A stretch of DNA of 58,400 nucleotides from Candidatus Hermodarchaeum yapensis (GCA_016840405.1 JAEOSK010000017.1:1-58400), one strand, 5' to 3'. Positions 37,760 through 47,343 are shown, numbered from the stretch's first letter. Notes: generated from the letters alone by a model not told the origin. A program made the numbers and translations.

Positions 37760-38470
37760 CTAAATTGCTTTAAACTGAGCCTTATTCGCTCCACACAATG
37801 GACAGGTCCAATCTTCTGGCAGGTCTTCGAAGGGCGTACCCGGAGGTATCCCATTGTCAGGGTCGCCCAATTCGGGATTATAAATCCATCCACACACTTC
37901 GCATTGATATTCCTGAACCTTTGATATTTTTTCAGGGGGTTCCGCCTTCGGAGCAGGCGGCATGTAAGTTGCAGCCCTTTTCGAGGTTCTCCCCCGTTTG
38001 ACTTGGTGATAATACGAGTAAGTGAGCGGAGTGCCTTCTCGGAGGCGTTGCCCCCGCATCACTTCACCAATGAACACCGTATGTGTGCCTACATCAACTT
38101 GGTCAATAACCTTCGCTTCCAAAAACCCCAATGAATGTTCCGTGATAACTGGACAGTCATCGGTTCCGAGTTCATACTGAATATCACGGAGTTTGTCCAC
38201 ATCTCGTCCAGTTTGGAAACCTAATCGCCCGATGAACTTCATTGGTGTATTTTCATCAAGAATCGAGATGGAAAAAATTCCACTCTTAGTTATGTAATCG
38301 TGTGTCAGGTTTTCTTTGTTGACACTAACAGCAATGCGAGGCGGAGTAGCTGCAACTTGTGCCACGGCGTTGACAATACACCCGTTAATCTTTTTTCCAG
38401 ATTTTGACGAAACGACATACATCCCATAACTTAGAAGATGAAACACTCGCGGGTCTAATTTATCCGTCAT
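37760..38470 (-). CDS. Flavin reductase-rubredoxin fusion (high molecular weight rubredoxin-like)
   Basis: [19 protein letters not shown], and C-terminal [21 protein letters not shown] extends to 38518. Confidence 0.9.
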   Translation of the reverse strand: MTDKLDPRVFHLLSYGMYVVSSKSGKKINGCIVNAVAQVAATPPRIAVSVNKENLTHDYITKSGIFSISILDENTPMKFIGRLGFQTGRDVDKLRDIQYELGTDDCPVITEHSLGFLEAKVIDQVDVGTHTVFIGEVMRGQRLREGTPLTYSYYHQVKRGRTSKRAATYMPPAPKAEPPEKISKVQEYQCEVCGWIYNPELGDPDNGIPPGTPFEDLPEDWTCPLCGANKAQFKAI

Positions 38471-38518
38471 AATAACCCTAGCTCCTGTATTCTCATCACC
38501 AAATTGTTGGAGAATCAT

Positions 38519-38791
38519 CTAATTTTCTGGTTCAATCAAGTAATTACAGTCTTTGATGAGAAAGGTAAACTGCTTAATCATGTGCAAGGCCTGATTGTAG
38601 CTCATTTTCCGTTGGAATGGTGCAGGATCTAACTGCTCATCCAAGCTCCCTCGCAGTTCATCCATCCGCGCTTTTATAAAATCAACGCTACGAGGTTTAC
38701 AATTGTTTGCTAAAAATTTCATATCAGTCATTAAGGTCACCAGAGCTTGCCTATGGACTAGAGCTAAGACCCTAAATCTTTGTCTCAACAC
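38519..38791 (-). CDS. Hypothetical protein
   Basis: 90 aa ORF filling a gap upstream of the rubredoxin fusion. No motif recognised. Confidence 0.4.
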   Translation of the reverse strand: MLRQRFRVLALVHRQALVTLMTDMKFLANNCKPRSVDFIKARMDELRGSLDEQLDPAPFQRKMSYNQALHMIKQFTFLIKDCNYLIEPEN

Positions 38792-38880
38792 TGGATTATC
38801 CGCAGGTATCAGGGAGAGGCTATTTAATTATTCCCCGCTTCTCAGGGGCGGATATACTAGACTTTTAATGTGTAGCCCGG

Positions 38881-38892
38881 AGCCTTTTTATA
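38881..38892 (+). promoter_or_regulatory. Putative BRE/TATA promoter of ssb paralog 3
   Basis: AGCCTTTTTATA, about 125 bp upstream of the GTG start. Confidence 0.65.
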
Positions 38893-39016
38893 TCAAAAAT
38901 GGTTTGGAAGAGAACGCAGTGCGGACAATCTGAATTACTTTCTCTGGTGGCTACCCTTCCATTGCGGCAGACCCTGAAGAAAGATTTCGTTTTGGAAGCC
39001 TGAATACCGAGGCAAC

Positions 39017-39508
39017 GTGGTACCAACAATGAGTTATGATAGAGAGCCTGTTGAGGCTACAGTCGCAGAACTGCGACCTTTTATGAAAAGTCTGAATATC
39101 ACCATAAAAATCACTGAAAAAGGTGAAGAGCGCGAAGTTACTTCACGACGCGATGGTGAAACCCACCGAGTCGTTGACGCAATTGCTGGTGACGCGACGG
39201 GAACCGTCCTAATTTCTCTCTGGGATGACATGATAGAGACTGTGGAAGTGGACAAGACTTACCGGTTAGAGAAAGGCTACACCAGCCTTTTCCAAGGCCA
39301 TCTCCGATTAAACATCGGTCGTTACGGTGAAATCAGCGAAGCCGAAACACCCCTTAAAGACGTCGATACCGAAAACGACATGTCTGCAACTAAACACGAA
39401 CAACCCCGCTATCGCCGTCGAAGTTATGGTGGGGGACGCGGCGGCGGCGGATATCGACGTGACCGCGGATATCGAGGCGATCGCGATCGAGATAGGCGCC
39501 GATACTAA
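39017..39508 (+). CDS. ssb: Single OB-fold ssDNA-binding protein paralog 3 with RGG/RD tail
   Basis: 11 differences from paralog 2 over the first 101 residues from MSYD (manual count). Tail RRSYGGGRGGGGYRRDRGYRGDRDRDRRRY. Confidence 0.92.
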   Translation: MVPTMSYDREPVEATVAELRPFMKSLNITIKITEKGEEREVTSRRDGETHRVVDAIAGDATGTVLISLWDDMIETVEVDKTYRLEKGYTSLFQGHLRLNIGRYGEISEAETPLKDVDTENDMSATKHEQPRYRRRSYGGGRGGGGYRRDRGYRGDRDRDRRRY

Positions 39509-39532
39509 TTCACAACCAAAACTTCTACTTTT

Positions 39533-39575
39533 CCTTCACGTCAATAGTACTTGGCGTGAAGGGATTCTTTCTTTC
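39533..39575 (+). terminator. 3' stem-loop + pyrimidine tract after ssb paralog 3
   Basis: CCTTCACGTCAA-TAGTAC-TTGGCGTGAAGG (12 bp, one G:U pair) then ATTCTTTCTTTCC. Confidence 0.65.
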
Positions 39576-39653
39576 CTACTTTAATGCAATTTAGTAACGA
39601 CCTTCATTTGTCGAAATAGTAAAGAAATTAGATTAAATGGTGAGGAATTCCGA

Positions 39654-40160
39654 CTAGATAATATAACTCCAAGCCATATTGCTATCTTTTTGTCCTTTTT
39701 CTCGAATCACAGCTCTTAATTTTTTTAGTGCATGATTCCAAGCCTTCTCAAAATATTTCCGGGCTTTCTCCCATGCTGCAGACCTCCTCCAACCAGAGTG
39801 AACCAAGTGAACTTCTGTGAATTGTTCTGAGCTCTCAGAACAATCCACAAAAATAACTACAACGTGAGTTAGCGGGTCTGCTTTATTCATAAACCCTTGG
39901 AATTCTGTTGGACCTTTCCATTCGAATGCAATTAATCTGTTTGGCTCGATGGCTGTCACCTTACAGCCAATAGTGCTGTTACTCTTTTTGTCATTAGGAT
40001 TCCAAAATAGTTCATACTTGCCTCCAACCCTCGGTTCAATCTCAGCAAGATTTGGCAGCCAAGTGGGAAGTAAATTGTTGTCAGTGAACATTTCAAATGC
40101 CTGTTGGGTGTCACATTTCACACGAGTAGAACAGTGAATGACCTTATCCATATTTTTCAC
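39654..40160 (-). CDS. SRPBCC/AHSA1-like (START superfamily) protein
   Basis: AFEMFTD..W..AEIEPRVGGKYEL, IAFEW and TEVHLVHSGW motifs. Confidence 0.85.
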   Translation of the reverse strand: MKNMDKVIHCSTRVKCDTQQAFEMFTDNNLLPTWLPNLAEIEPRVGGKYELFWNPNDKKSNSTIGCKVTAIEPNRLIAFEWKGPTEFQGFMNKADPLTHVVVIFVDCSESSEQFTEVHLVHSGWRRSAAWEKARKYFEKAWNHALKKLRAVIREKGQKDSNMAWSYII

Positions 40161-40175
40161 CTTGAAAAGGTATTA

Positions 40176-40206
40176 TTACTTTATGTTATAATATTACTAA
40201 TAGTAA
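40176..40206. promoter_or_regulatory. Candidate HxlR-family operator(s)
   Basis: Perfect TTACTA-A-TAGTAA at 40194-40206 and degenerate TTACTTTATGTTA at 40176-40188, between divergent genes. Confidence 0.55.
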
Positions 40207-40249
40207 CAACATTTAAATGGTTTGTAACCAAAGAGAAACAAGATGACAA

Positions 40250-40636
40250 ATGGAAGCTCTCAAACAATGTCCTGTTGAAGTGACGTTACGGTGTATAGGA
40301 CGAAAATGGACTTTTCACATCATTCGAGACTTATTCCAAGGGGAAACTAGGTTTTCTGGCATTTTAAGAGCAAATCCAAAACTAAGCACGAAAACCCTTT
40401 CCCTTAGACTCAGAGAGCTTGAAAAAGTTGGGCTCATTGAAAAAACCATTAAACAAAAAACACCGCTGTTAATCGAATATCACCTGACAGAAAAGGGAAG
40501 AGCATTAGGTGCAGTGATCCGAGAGTTGGCGATTTTTTCAATTAGGCACAATTCATCTGAAGTCTTTGAAGAGATTCCGGAATCTTTCGAAGAAACAATA
40601 AATGAAGCAAAACGGCGTTTTTCCTTACAAAGATAA
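40250..40636 (+). CDS. HxlR-family winged-HTH transcriptional regulator
   Basis: CPVE..IGRKW, RFS, TLSLRLRELE and EYHLTEKG motifs. Confidence 0.92.
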   Translation: MEALKQCPVEVTLRCIGRKWTFHIIRDLFQGETRFSGILRANPKLSTKTLSLRLRELEKVGLIEKTIKQKTPLLIEYHLTEKGRALGAVIRELAIFSIRHNSSEVFEEIPESFEETINEAKRRFSLQR

Positions 40637-40639
40637 GTA

Positions 40640-41206
40640 TTATTCTTTGGAATGTTTTGATCTGTTTCTCTTTCTTGATATCTGGATTTTCTCAAGAAGC
40701 ATCTGTGGTTGGGTGACGACCACATAGAGTTCGAATCCTGGTTCCTTTATGCGTGTGTCAACCTTTTGAAATCCCAAGTGCTGGAGGTAGAATTTGAGAG
40801 CTCGGGAGTCAATTGAACTCACGGTGGTTCTGATTACTGGTAGGTTATGGTTTTGTCCATGCTCCGCTAGATGTCGTAATAGGCGCGTACCAGTGCCCTT
40901 ATGCGGTGGAATTGCACAAATAAAACGGATAAAGAGTTCGTCGGGTTCGTGATAAAAATCTACGAGGCCAACAATAGATGTGCTCTCAAGAGCTAGCCAA
41001 ATATGTCGGTTTTTCTTCTGCTCCAGGAGAAAAATCCTCAGATGTAACCGCATGCCTTCCGTGAGTTCATCCAGAGGTTCTGTTGACCCTGGAGGCTTCT
41101 CCATCAGAAGGCCCTGAGCATAAATGGAAGCAGTTTCGTCCAAGTGTTTTTTCGAGAACGCAACAATCTGCCAGGATTTCGATGGAGTAATTTGAAGACA
41201 CCCCAA
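40640..41206 (-). CDS. GNAT N-acetyltransferase
   Basis: HKGTGTRLL and ALKFY..LGF motifs. Confidence 0.8.
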   Translation of the reverse strand: MGCLQITPSKSWQIVAFSKKHLDETASIYAQGLLMEKPPGSTEPLDELTEGMRLHLRIFLLEQKKNRHIWLALESTSIVGLVDFYHEPDELFIRFICAIPPHKGTGTRLLRHLAEHGQNHNLPVIRTTVSSIDSRALKFYLQHLGFQKVDTRIKEPGFELYVVVTQPQMLLEKIQISRKRNRSKHSKE

Positions 41207-41332
41207 TGAATACCTATCTTAGAAATGTATGTTCCATAACCTCTAAAACAGCATTCCATTAATGTGTACTTAAGTCGTGTCTTCATGAGCAAAAACCTCC
41301 TTTAACCTTGTTTATAACACCAGTGCGAAATA

Positions 41333-41677
41333 GTGATTGCCATGCCAATTGACCGAAGCTTCAAGACTTCATGGAAAAAAACAGGAACCCATGAAGGGCA
41401 TGCAGTGTGGACTTCTTCTCAGGCTCAATTGGGTATACACGGAACCCGTGTTGCAGTTGACTTTGATGAATGCACAGGCTGCCTTAAATGCATCACCGTT
41501 TGCCCCGAAGACGTGTTTGCCCAATGGGAAGCGAAGCCAAATCAGGTAAAAGCTGACCCAAAGAATGAAAGTGCATGTCTTGAGTGTCTAGCTTGCGAAC
41601 TTATTTGTCCCGTGGATGCCATTCTCATTACGCGGGACGCTGATGGGCATGACACCTTAACCGCTTTATTAGAGTAG
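41333..41677 (+). CDS. Ferredoxin (2x[4Fe-4S]) with N-terminal extension
   Basis: LGIHGTRVAVDFDECTGCLKCITVCP and CLECLACELICP. Confidence 0.88.
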   Translation: MIAMPIDRSFKTSWKKTGTHEGHAVWTSSQAQLGIHGTRVAVDFDECTGCLKCITVCPEDVFAQWEAKPNQVKADPKNESACLECLACELICPVDAILITRDADGHDTLTALLE

Positions 41678-41693
41678 TGATATATCCCTTCCC

Positions 41694-42959
41694 ATGTTTG
41701 ATGTTTTATTGACCGAGAGTGAGCGGAAAATCCGTGATGAAGTTCGGATTTTTGTCCGGGATCAAGTCGATCCGGATTTAATTATCCGCATGGATGGCAA
41801 TGAACAGGAATACCCCTATGACTTTGTCAAAGCCGTAACGAAAGCCAATCTAATCGGGCTCCGGTTTCCTAAGAAGTATAACGGGCGTGGGCTCAATTGG
41901 GTTTCTGAAATGCTTGCTATCGAGGAGGTAGGGATTCTGGGTATTGCCCTAGGTTGTGCCTATTCATTACCAAGTATTGTTTGTGAAGCTATTGATAAGT
42001 TTGGCACCGAGGATCAAAAACGAAACTACATAGCTCCAACACTTCGCGGTGAGAAAATCTGCGCTGAAGGGCTCACTGAACCAAGGGGCGGATCAGATTT
42101 CTTTGGCACCATCACCTCCGCAGTACCTCGGGGTGATCATTTTTTGATTAACGGCGAAAAACGCTTCGTCGCAGGGGGAATAGGGGCTGATTATTTCCTG
42201 ATTTACGCTAGAACTAATCCTCAAGCTGCAGCACACGAATCTCTAAGTGCCTTTCTCGTCGATCGCGATATGGGCGTTGAAGTCGATGAGCATTATAGCC
42301 TAATGGGCTGTCGTGGCATGGGCGCTGCACGAATCATATTAAAGGATGTAGAAGTGCCTAATCAGAACTTAATCGGTCAACTTCATGGGGCTACTCCCAT
42401 CTTTAACGCGATGATGGTGCCCGAACGATTAACATCTGCTGCAGGTGCCATTGGATTAGGTCGAGCCGCTCTTGAGATTGCCATCCGCTACGCTGCACGT
42501 CGTGAAGCCTTTGGTAAAACCATCAGCCGTTTTGAGGGTATCAGCTTCAAAATAGCAAATTGTGCCACCGCACTGGATGCTGCACGTGGACTAGTTTATC
42601 GCGCTGCTCGCCTTGCTGATAACAATACGCCAAGCCGAAAAGCCGTTTCACAAGCTAAACTCTTCGCCACAGAGGCCTGCTATCAAACAGTTTCCGAGTC
42701 CATGCAAATCCTCGGAGGAATAGGTTACACCGATGTATATCCCATTGAGCGACTCTTCCGCGATGCCCGACTAGCAACCATCTGGACAGGTAGCAGTGAA
42801 ATTATGCGTCTCACCATCCAAAGTGACATCTTTAAGGAAGTGCTTAAGGAAGAACGAGGAACAAAACGCGACGTTGAATTAGATACCTCTGGTGCCGGTA
42901 AAACTGCTGAAAAAGTTTACAGGGAAGATCCAGCTAGGTACCATCCGAAGAAGGATTAA
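41694..42959 (+). CDS. Acyl-CoA dehydrogenase family protein
   Basis: LTEPRGGSD, INGEKRF, RxAFG and QILGGIGY..IERLFRDAR..GSSEI motifs. Confidence 0.92.
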   Translation: MFDVLLTESERKIRDEVRIFVRDQVDPDLIIRMDGNEQEYPYDFVKAVTKANLIGLRFPKKYNGRGLNWVSEMLAIEEVGILGIALGCAYSLPSIVCEAIDKFGTEDQKRNYIAPTLRGEKICAEGLTEPRGGSDFFGTITSAVPRGDHFLINGEKRFVAGGIGADYFLIYARTNPQAAAHESLSAFLVDRDMGVEVDEHYSLMGCRGMGAARIILKDVEVPNQNLIGQLHGATPIFNAMMVPERLTSAAGAIGLGRAALEIAIRYAARREAFGKTISRFEGISFKIANCATALDAARGLVYRAARLADNNTPSRKAVSQAKLFATEACYQTVSESMQILGGIGYTDVYPIERLFRDARLATIWTGSSEIMRLTIQSDIFKEVLKEERGTKRDVELDTSGAGKTAEKVYREDPARYHPKKD

Positions 42960-43951
42960 ACTTCATTCTGAGCTGAATAGTATACTTCATTCAGATGCTG
43001 TCGTACAGTTATTGCATTAACTCGACGAAGTTGGGAGATTAGGGGCAAGAGGGAACTAATAGAGGTATCAAGTGATTGAGCTAGGTCCTTCAGTCGGCAA
43101 GGTCGACGTTGAAGCATTGTCAAAATATCGTTGCGAATTGATTGATGGGATTTCCAGGAGGCTGAATGTGTTCGGGCATCATGAATACCATAAACCCATA
43201 TTCTTCCCTTATCTATAGAACTACTAAGCTCTAAAGCAAAATCCTTCAATTCGGACTGGCTAATCGGTTGAACCTGTTCCTCGGCGGGGGGACGCCAAGG
43301 AGTATAAAGCTGAAAGATATCGACAACTGGTGCCAGTTCAACTAATTCCCTCACTAACGTCTCTCGAGCTTTGCCACTAATATTTGAAATTCCAGATGAT
43401 AATTTGAGTAACATTACCTCGAGAGCTATCGTAACATTAGTCTTCGTTCTAAGTCCATGAATGGCTTTGACCAGTTGGTCATGTCGAAAGGGGGCTAGAG
43501 GACGATTAATTGCTCGATGGGTTTTATCGTCTCCTGCATCAAATTTCACTGTCACAATATCAAATTCACTCAGATTCTTCATGACCCTTGGATGATCTAA
43601 TAACGACCCATTACTCAACAAAACAATGGGTAGCTCAGGAAGACACTTACGAACCTGTCTAACCATTGATCCTAAATGCAAATTAAGAGTGGGTTCACCC
43701 GACCCGGAAAAAGTCACCACATCAAGACTCTCAATCGAAATCTGGCGTAAATATTCATCAAGCTGGTTGAATAGTTGCTTTTCATCGGGTAATGTTTCTT
43801 GCGCTGCATCCGCAGAAAGTACAGGATTTCTTGTGGGGCCTAATTGACAGTAAACACAATTGAATGTACATCGCTTTGGAGGAGGAACTGGATCAATACC
43901 TAGAGACCTTCCATAACGCCATGACATTACTGGACCGTACACCATGCTCAT
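42956..43951 (-). CDS. Radical SAM protein with C-terminal wHTH-like segment
   Basis: YGPV.SWRYGRSLGID, CTFNCVYC and SGSGEPTL motifs. Confidence 0.9.
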   Translation of the reverse strand: MSMVYGPVMSWRYGRSLGIDPVPPPKRCTFNCVYCQLGPTRNPVLSADAAQETLPDEKQLFNQLDEYLRQISIESLDVVTFSGSGEPTLNLHLGSMVRQVRKCLPELPIVLLSNGSLLDHPRVMKNLSEFDIVTVKFDAGDDKTHRAINRPLAPFRHDQLVKAIHGLRTKTNVTIALEVMLLKLSSGISNISGKARETLVRELVELAPVVDIFQLYTPWRPPAEEQVQPISQSELKDFALELSSSIDKGRIWVYGIHDARTHSASWKSHQSIRNDILTMLQRRPCRLKDLAQSLDTSISSLLPLISQLRRVNAITVRQHLNEVYYSAQNEV

Positions 43952-43984
43952 ATCATAATTCGCCAGCTATCAGATTCTCTAAGT

Positions 43985-44335
43985 TTAGCTCGATTTTTTC
44001 ACAGCATCCTTTTGGTCAGAAGCCTTCGGGGTAATAAGGATGGGTTTAAGCTCTGTTAATGCAGTTGCCACTTTTCTACGACCTTCAGTGACCAGACGCC
44101 AGACCGTACCTCGAGATACGCCCATCTTTTCTCCCGTTTGTTCTTGGTCCAAGCCTTCACCATCAACTAACCTCAAAGCTTCCAGTTCTGAGTAATTCAA
44201 CTCTATTGGAGGTTTACTCCATATCTGCGCTGGACCCGGCTTACTCGGTGTAAAAACAGTGGGAACAGGTGTATGACCTAACATAATGGGTTTTGGGCGG
44301 CGTCCGCGACCACCCCAACCTCTTCGATGCCTCAT
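43985..44335 (-). CDS. DUF134 (UPF0251) predicted DNA-binding protein
   Basis: ELEALRLVDGEGLDQEQTGEKMGVSRGTVWR..GRRKVA. Confidence 0.9.
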   Translation of the reverse strand: MRHRRGWGGRGRRPKPIMLGHTPVPTVFTPSKPGPAQIWSKPPIELNYSELEALRLVDGEGLDQEQTGEKMGVSRGTVWRLVTEGRRKVATALTELKPILITPKASDQKDAVKKSS

Positions 44336-44376
44336 GGTTGTTCAGAAAAGATTGCTAGTTCGATGCATTTATATAT

Positions 44377-44420
44377 TTCTGTGCATAAACACAAAATAGA
44401 TTTGTGCATAAACACAAAAT
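44377..44420. promoter_or_regulatory. Tandem operator pair, TG-N10-CA palindrome
   Basis: Exact direct repeat TGTGCATAAACACAAAAT at 44380-44397 and 44403-44420. Each copy is an inverted repeat, TGTG-N6-CACA. Confidence 0.8.
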
Positions 44421-44435
44421 GAGGTGATAAAATAA

Positions 44436-44720
44436 ATGTGGCAACGCGGAAACCGAGGACGCGGACGTGGTCGAAACCAAGGACCTTGGCCAGGAAACGG
44501 ACCTTTCTCTCATCTACCACCATGGCAACGGCCTGGGTGGCTCTATGGCCCTGGAAGTTGTTGGTACCTATATCAGCAAAACACGGGCACTCCTTCTGAT
44601 CAAGTTCCCCCATTCCCTGAGCAATTCGCTCCCAGAATCAATTATTGCTCAAATTGTAATGCTCCAATCATTCCTAATTCGAACTACTGTTCTCAGTGCG
44701 GAAAAAAAGTTGGTAAATAA
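44436..44720 (+). CDS. Small Gly/Arg/Pro-rich protein with C-terminal double zinc ribbon (DUF5320-like N-terminus)
   Basis: GAGGTGA SD. RGRGRG..GPWPGNGPFSHLPPWQRPGW, then CSNC..CSQCG. Confidence 0.75.
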   Translation: MWQRGNRGRGRGRNQGPWPGNGPFSHLPPWQRPGWLYGPGSCWYLYQQNTGTPSDQVPPFPEQFAPRINYCSNCNAPIIPNSNYCSQCGKKVGK

Positions 44721-44760
44721 ATGCATGGCGCTCAACAGTTAGGTTGGGAATTTGGAGGTT

Positions 44761-45639
44761 CTACGCTTCTTGAAATGCATCTAGCTGTTGCTCAACTTTT
44801 TTCCAAATAGCTTTCAAACCCTTTGAGAGCATGTTAGAGGGAGCATATTCAACTATTGGACGCCCTGCAACAACAGCCTTGTACATTATGGGGTCGTAAT
44901 TTAACTCTCCTACCACTGGAATCCCTTTTTGATGGCAATACTCTTCTATTTCCTGGGCTTTTTGGATATTCAAATCGGCTTTATTAGTAAGAACCATCAC
45001 TGGCATGTTGAAGTGCTGAAACAACTCGAGAACACGTTGTAAATCATGAATTGCTGGAACTGTAGGCTCAGTAACAACTAATCCTGCTGAGGCACCAGTG
45101 ATGGCTGATATAGCCGCGCAGGCTATTCCTGGTGGGCCATCAATTAAGATGAGTTTCCTCCCATGTTTCTTCGCTAGATTAGAGGCAAGCTCACGAACGC
45201 GAGTAACTAGTTTACCAGAATTGCTCTCTCCAGCAAGTAACAGTGCATGAGCCATGGGGCCATAATTAGTCTCAGAGGCATAGATGTATCCTGATAGGCG
45301 TTCATGCATTTCAATCGCGTCTGCAGGACAACTAATGAAACAGACACCACAACCTTCACACATTATTGGATCAACTTGGAAACTTGGTGAAATCGCATCA
45401 AACTTACATGCAACTTCGCAAGCACCACATCCTGTACACAATTCAGGATTAATCACTGCAACTTTAGCCTCAATGAATTCCTCAGTTGATTGAATTTCAG
45501 GTCCCAAAAGTAAATGTAAATTGGGTGCATCAACATCACAATCAGCAATGAGGGGATTGGGTGCTAGTGCTGCCAATGCCGCAGTTATCGTTGTTTTTCC
45601 TGTACCGCCTTTCCCACTAACTATAACTAGCTCTTTCAT
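44761..45639 (-). CDS. MinD-superfamily P-loop ATPase with inserted ferredoxin domain (COG1149), copy 2
   Basis: SGKGGTGKTT, DCDVDAPN, two CxxCxxCxxxC motifs and DGPPG. Confidence 0.92.
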   Translation of the reverse strand: MKELVIVSGKGGTGKTTITAALAALAPNPLIADCDVDAPNLHLLLGPEIQSTEEFIEAKVAVINPELCTGCGACEVACKFDAISPSFQVDPIMCEGCGVCFISCPADAIEMHERLSGYIYASETNYGPMAHALLLAGESNSGKLVTRVRELASNLAKKHGRKLILIDGPPGIACAAISAITGASAGLVVTEPTVPAIHDLQRVLELFQHFNMPVMVLTNKADLNIQKAQEIEEYCHQKGIPVVGELNYDPIMYKAVVAGRPIVEYAPSNMLSKGLKAIWKKVEQQLDAFQEA

Positions 45640-46493
45640 CGCCCATACCTCTCTTGAATCATTTGAAAAAGTGTTTCAAACTGAGATTTCCATTCAGGCA
45701 TTTTAGTGACAAACGGAATACCTTCTGCAAAGAGTTCGGCTATTTTCCGACTATGGGGGATTTCTAACAAAATAGGAATTTGCTCACTTTTACAATAGGA
45801 ATATACTTGTCTATCCCCAATACCAGAGCGGTTCACTACAACTCCAATGGGTATCTTAAGTTGACGGATTGTATCTACTGCTAGCTGCAGATCATGTAAA
45901 CCAAACGGTGTCGGTTCAGTAACCAAAACACAGTAATCTGAACCATGAACCGATTCTACCATAGGACAAGAAACGCCAGGAGGGCAATCAATAATTACAG
46001 TAACTTCATTATTAGGGCTGGCTTGCTCTTTCACTGCTTTGATTACAGGAACTGCTAAGGGTTCCCCAATATTGAGGTTTCCATAAACAACTTCCACACC
46101 GTGATTCGCCACTCCTCTATGTGTTACTCCGAGCTGTCGTTTACCTTCTTTGATGGCCTGATTAGGACAACTCAAAATACATCCGCCACAACCATAGCAA
46201 AGCTCAGGAAAGAAATTGATACCTTTTTTTCCAACAAAGATGGCATGGTTTGGGCAAAAATTCACACAGTTCTTTGATTGATTGCATTTTTGCTCATCAA
46301 TTTCGGGAACTAACGTATATACGGGTTTCACTTGCTCATTCTTCATGGAAAGAAGAGTGTGCACATTTGGTTCATCCACATCACAATCAAGCAGTTGGAT
46401 TTGTCCCGGTAAAGAAAGGGCAAGGTTCACAGCAAGCGAAGTTTTTCCGGTCCCTCCTTTCCCACTGGCAATCGAAATTATCACACTACACAC
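45636..46493 (-). CDS. MinD-superfamily P-loop ATPase with inserted ferredoxin domain (COG1149), copy 1
   Basis: SGKGGTGKT, DCDVDEPN, CYGCGGCILSCP and VTEPTPFGLHDL. Overlaps copy 2 by 4 bp. Confidence 0.92.
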   Translation of the reverse strand: MCSVIISIASGKGGTGKTSLAVNLALSLPGQIQLLDCDVDEPNVHTLLSMKNEQVKPVYTLVPEIDEQKCNQSKNCVNFCPNHAIFVGKKGINFFPELCYGCGGCILSCPNQAIKEGKRQLGVTHRGVANHGVEVVYGNLNIGEPLAVPVIKAVKEQASPNNEVTVIIDCPPGVSCPMVESVHGSDYCVLVTEPTPFGLHDLQLAVDTIRQLKIPIGVVVNRSGIGDRQVYSYCKSEQIPILLEIPHSRKIAELFAEGIPFVTKMPEWKSQFETLFQMIQERYGR

Positions 46494-46523
46494 CTAAGAA
46501 CAAATTCAGAGCACTTCTATCTC

Positions 46524-46898
46524 CTACTTATGTCGTGCATCTCGACAGCCTTCGGTGAGCTCATTAAGCTCATTCTGAGCAAATGCGGAAAGGACCTCGC
46601 CAAGTGTCTCTGATGTAGCCTGCATCACCGCAACACCTACAGCTTGAAAACGGCGCATTGCCCTTGGACCCATCCCGAAGGTGATAACAACATTTGGTTT
46701 AAATTGCAAAATGATATCTGGTGGGCGACCTCCTCCACCGAAGTGTTCACTACGATTAGGTTGAAATGATAAATTCTCTATCCTACCATCGGCTTGCATC
46801 TCTGCTACTGCAAAGAATGGGGCTCGACCAAAATGGGGTGATAATTTTGCGGCTTCTCCTGTTTCATCTAATACAGGAACAACGATACGTTCAACCAT
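46524..46898 (-). CDS. NifB/NifX-family (COG1433) metal-cluster-binding protein
   Basis: LSPHFGRAPFF and GMGPRA motifs, with a C-terminal C..H. Confidence 0.9.
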   Translation of the reverse strand: MVERIVVPVLDETGEAAKLSPHFGRAPFFAVAEMQADGRIENLSFQPNRSEHFGGGGRPPDIILQFKPNVVITFGMGPRAMRRFQAVGVAVMQATSETLGEVLSAFAQNELNELTEGCRDARHK

Positions 46899-46932
46899 TT
46901 ACAAAATCTCCCTTAAGATTATTTGAAGATCA

Positions 46933-47343
46933 CTAACTTCCCCGGCCTCTTCCTTGACCTCTTCCTCGACCTCTACCACCACCCATACCCATATGGGCAG
47001 GGGCTGTCGGAGAAGACACTGATTGTAATGAACCAGCTTTGAATTGATTAACTGCATCACTGACTGAACCAGATATTCCTACGTACACTGTAACTCCTCC
47101 AGCGTTCAAGGCATTATAGGCATTAGGTCCTACATGTCCTGTCAATACAACATTAGCTCCTCGATCAACGATAAATTGAGAAGCTTGAATGCCTGCTCCA
47201 CCACTAGCCATCGAGCCAGGGTTGGGAATGGCTTCAAACTTCATAGTATCGGGATCGATGAAAATGAAATTAGCACACCGGCCAAATCGAGGGTCAATGG
47301 GGGCTTCAAGAGTCGGTCCTTGTGCAGTTACACATATTTTCAC
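46933..47343 (-). CDS. NifB/NifX-family (COG1433) protein with Gly/Arg-rich tail
   Basis: IDPRFGRC, GGAGIQA and TGHVGPNA motifs; tail HMGMGGGRGRGRGQGRGRGS. Confidence 0.9.
   Translation of the reverse strand: MKICVTAQGPTLEAPIDPRFGRCANFIFIDPDTMKFEAIPNPGSMASGGAGIQASQFIVDRGANVVLTGHVGPNAYNALNAGGVTVYVGISGSVSDAVNQFKAGSLQSVSSPTAPAHMGMGGGRGRGRGQGRGRGS

Noticed and set aside
38796-38853. TATCCGC...GCGGATA long-range inverted repeat
   Set aside because: A single 7 bp match with a long spacer and no second copy; plausible by chance.
17674-39255. Similar antisense ORFs 17674..17895(+) and 39034..39255(-)
   Set aside because: Their similarity simply reflects the paralogous ssb genes on the opposite strands.
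46524-47343. NifB/NifX domains as evidence of nitrogen fixation
   Set aside because: No nifH/D/K/E/N in the window. COG1433 proteins are common in non-diazotrophs.
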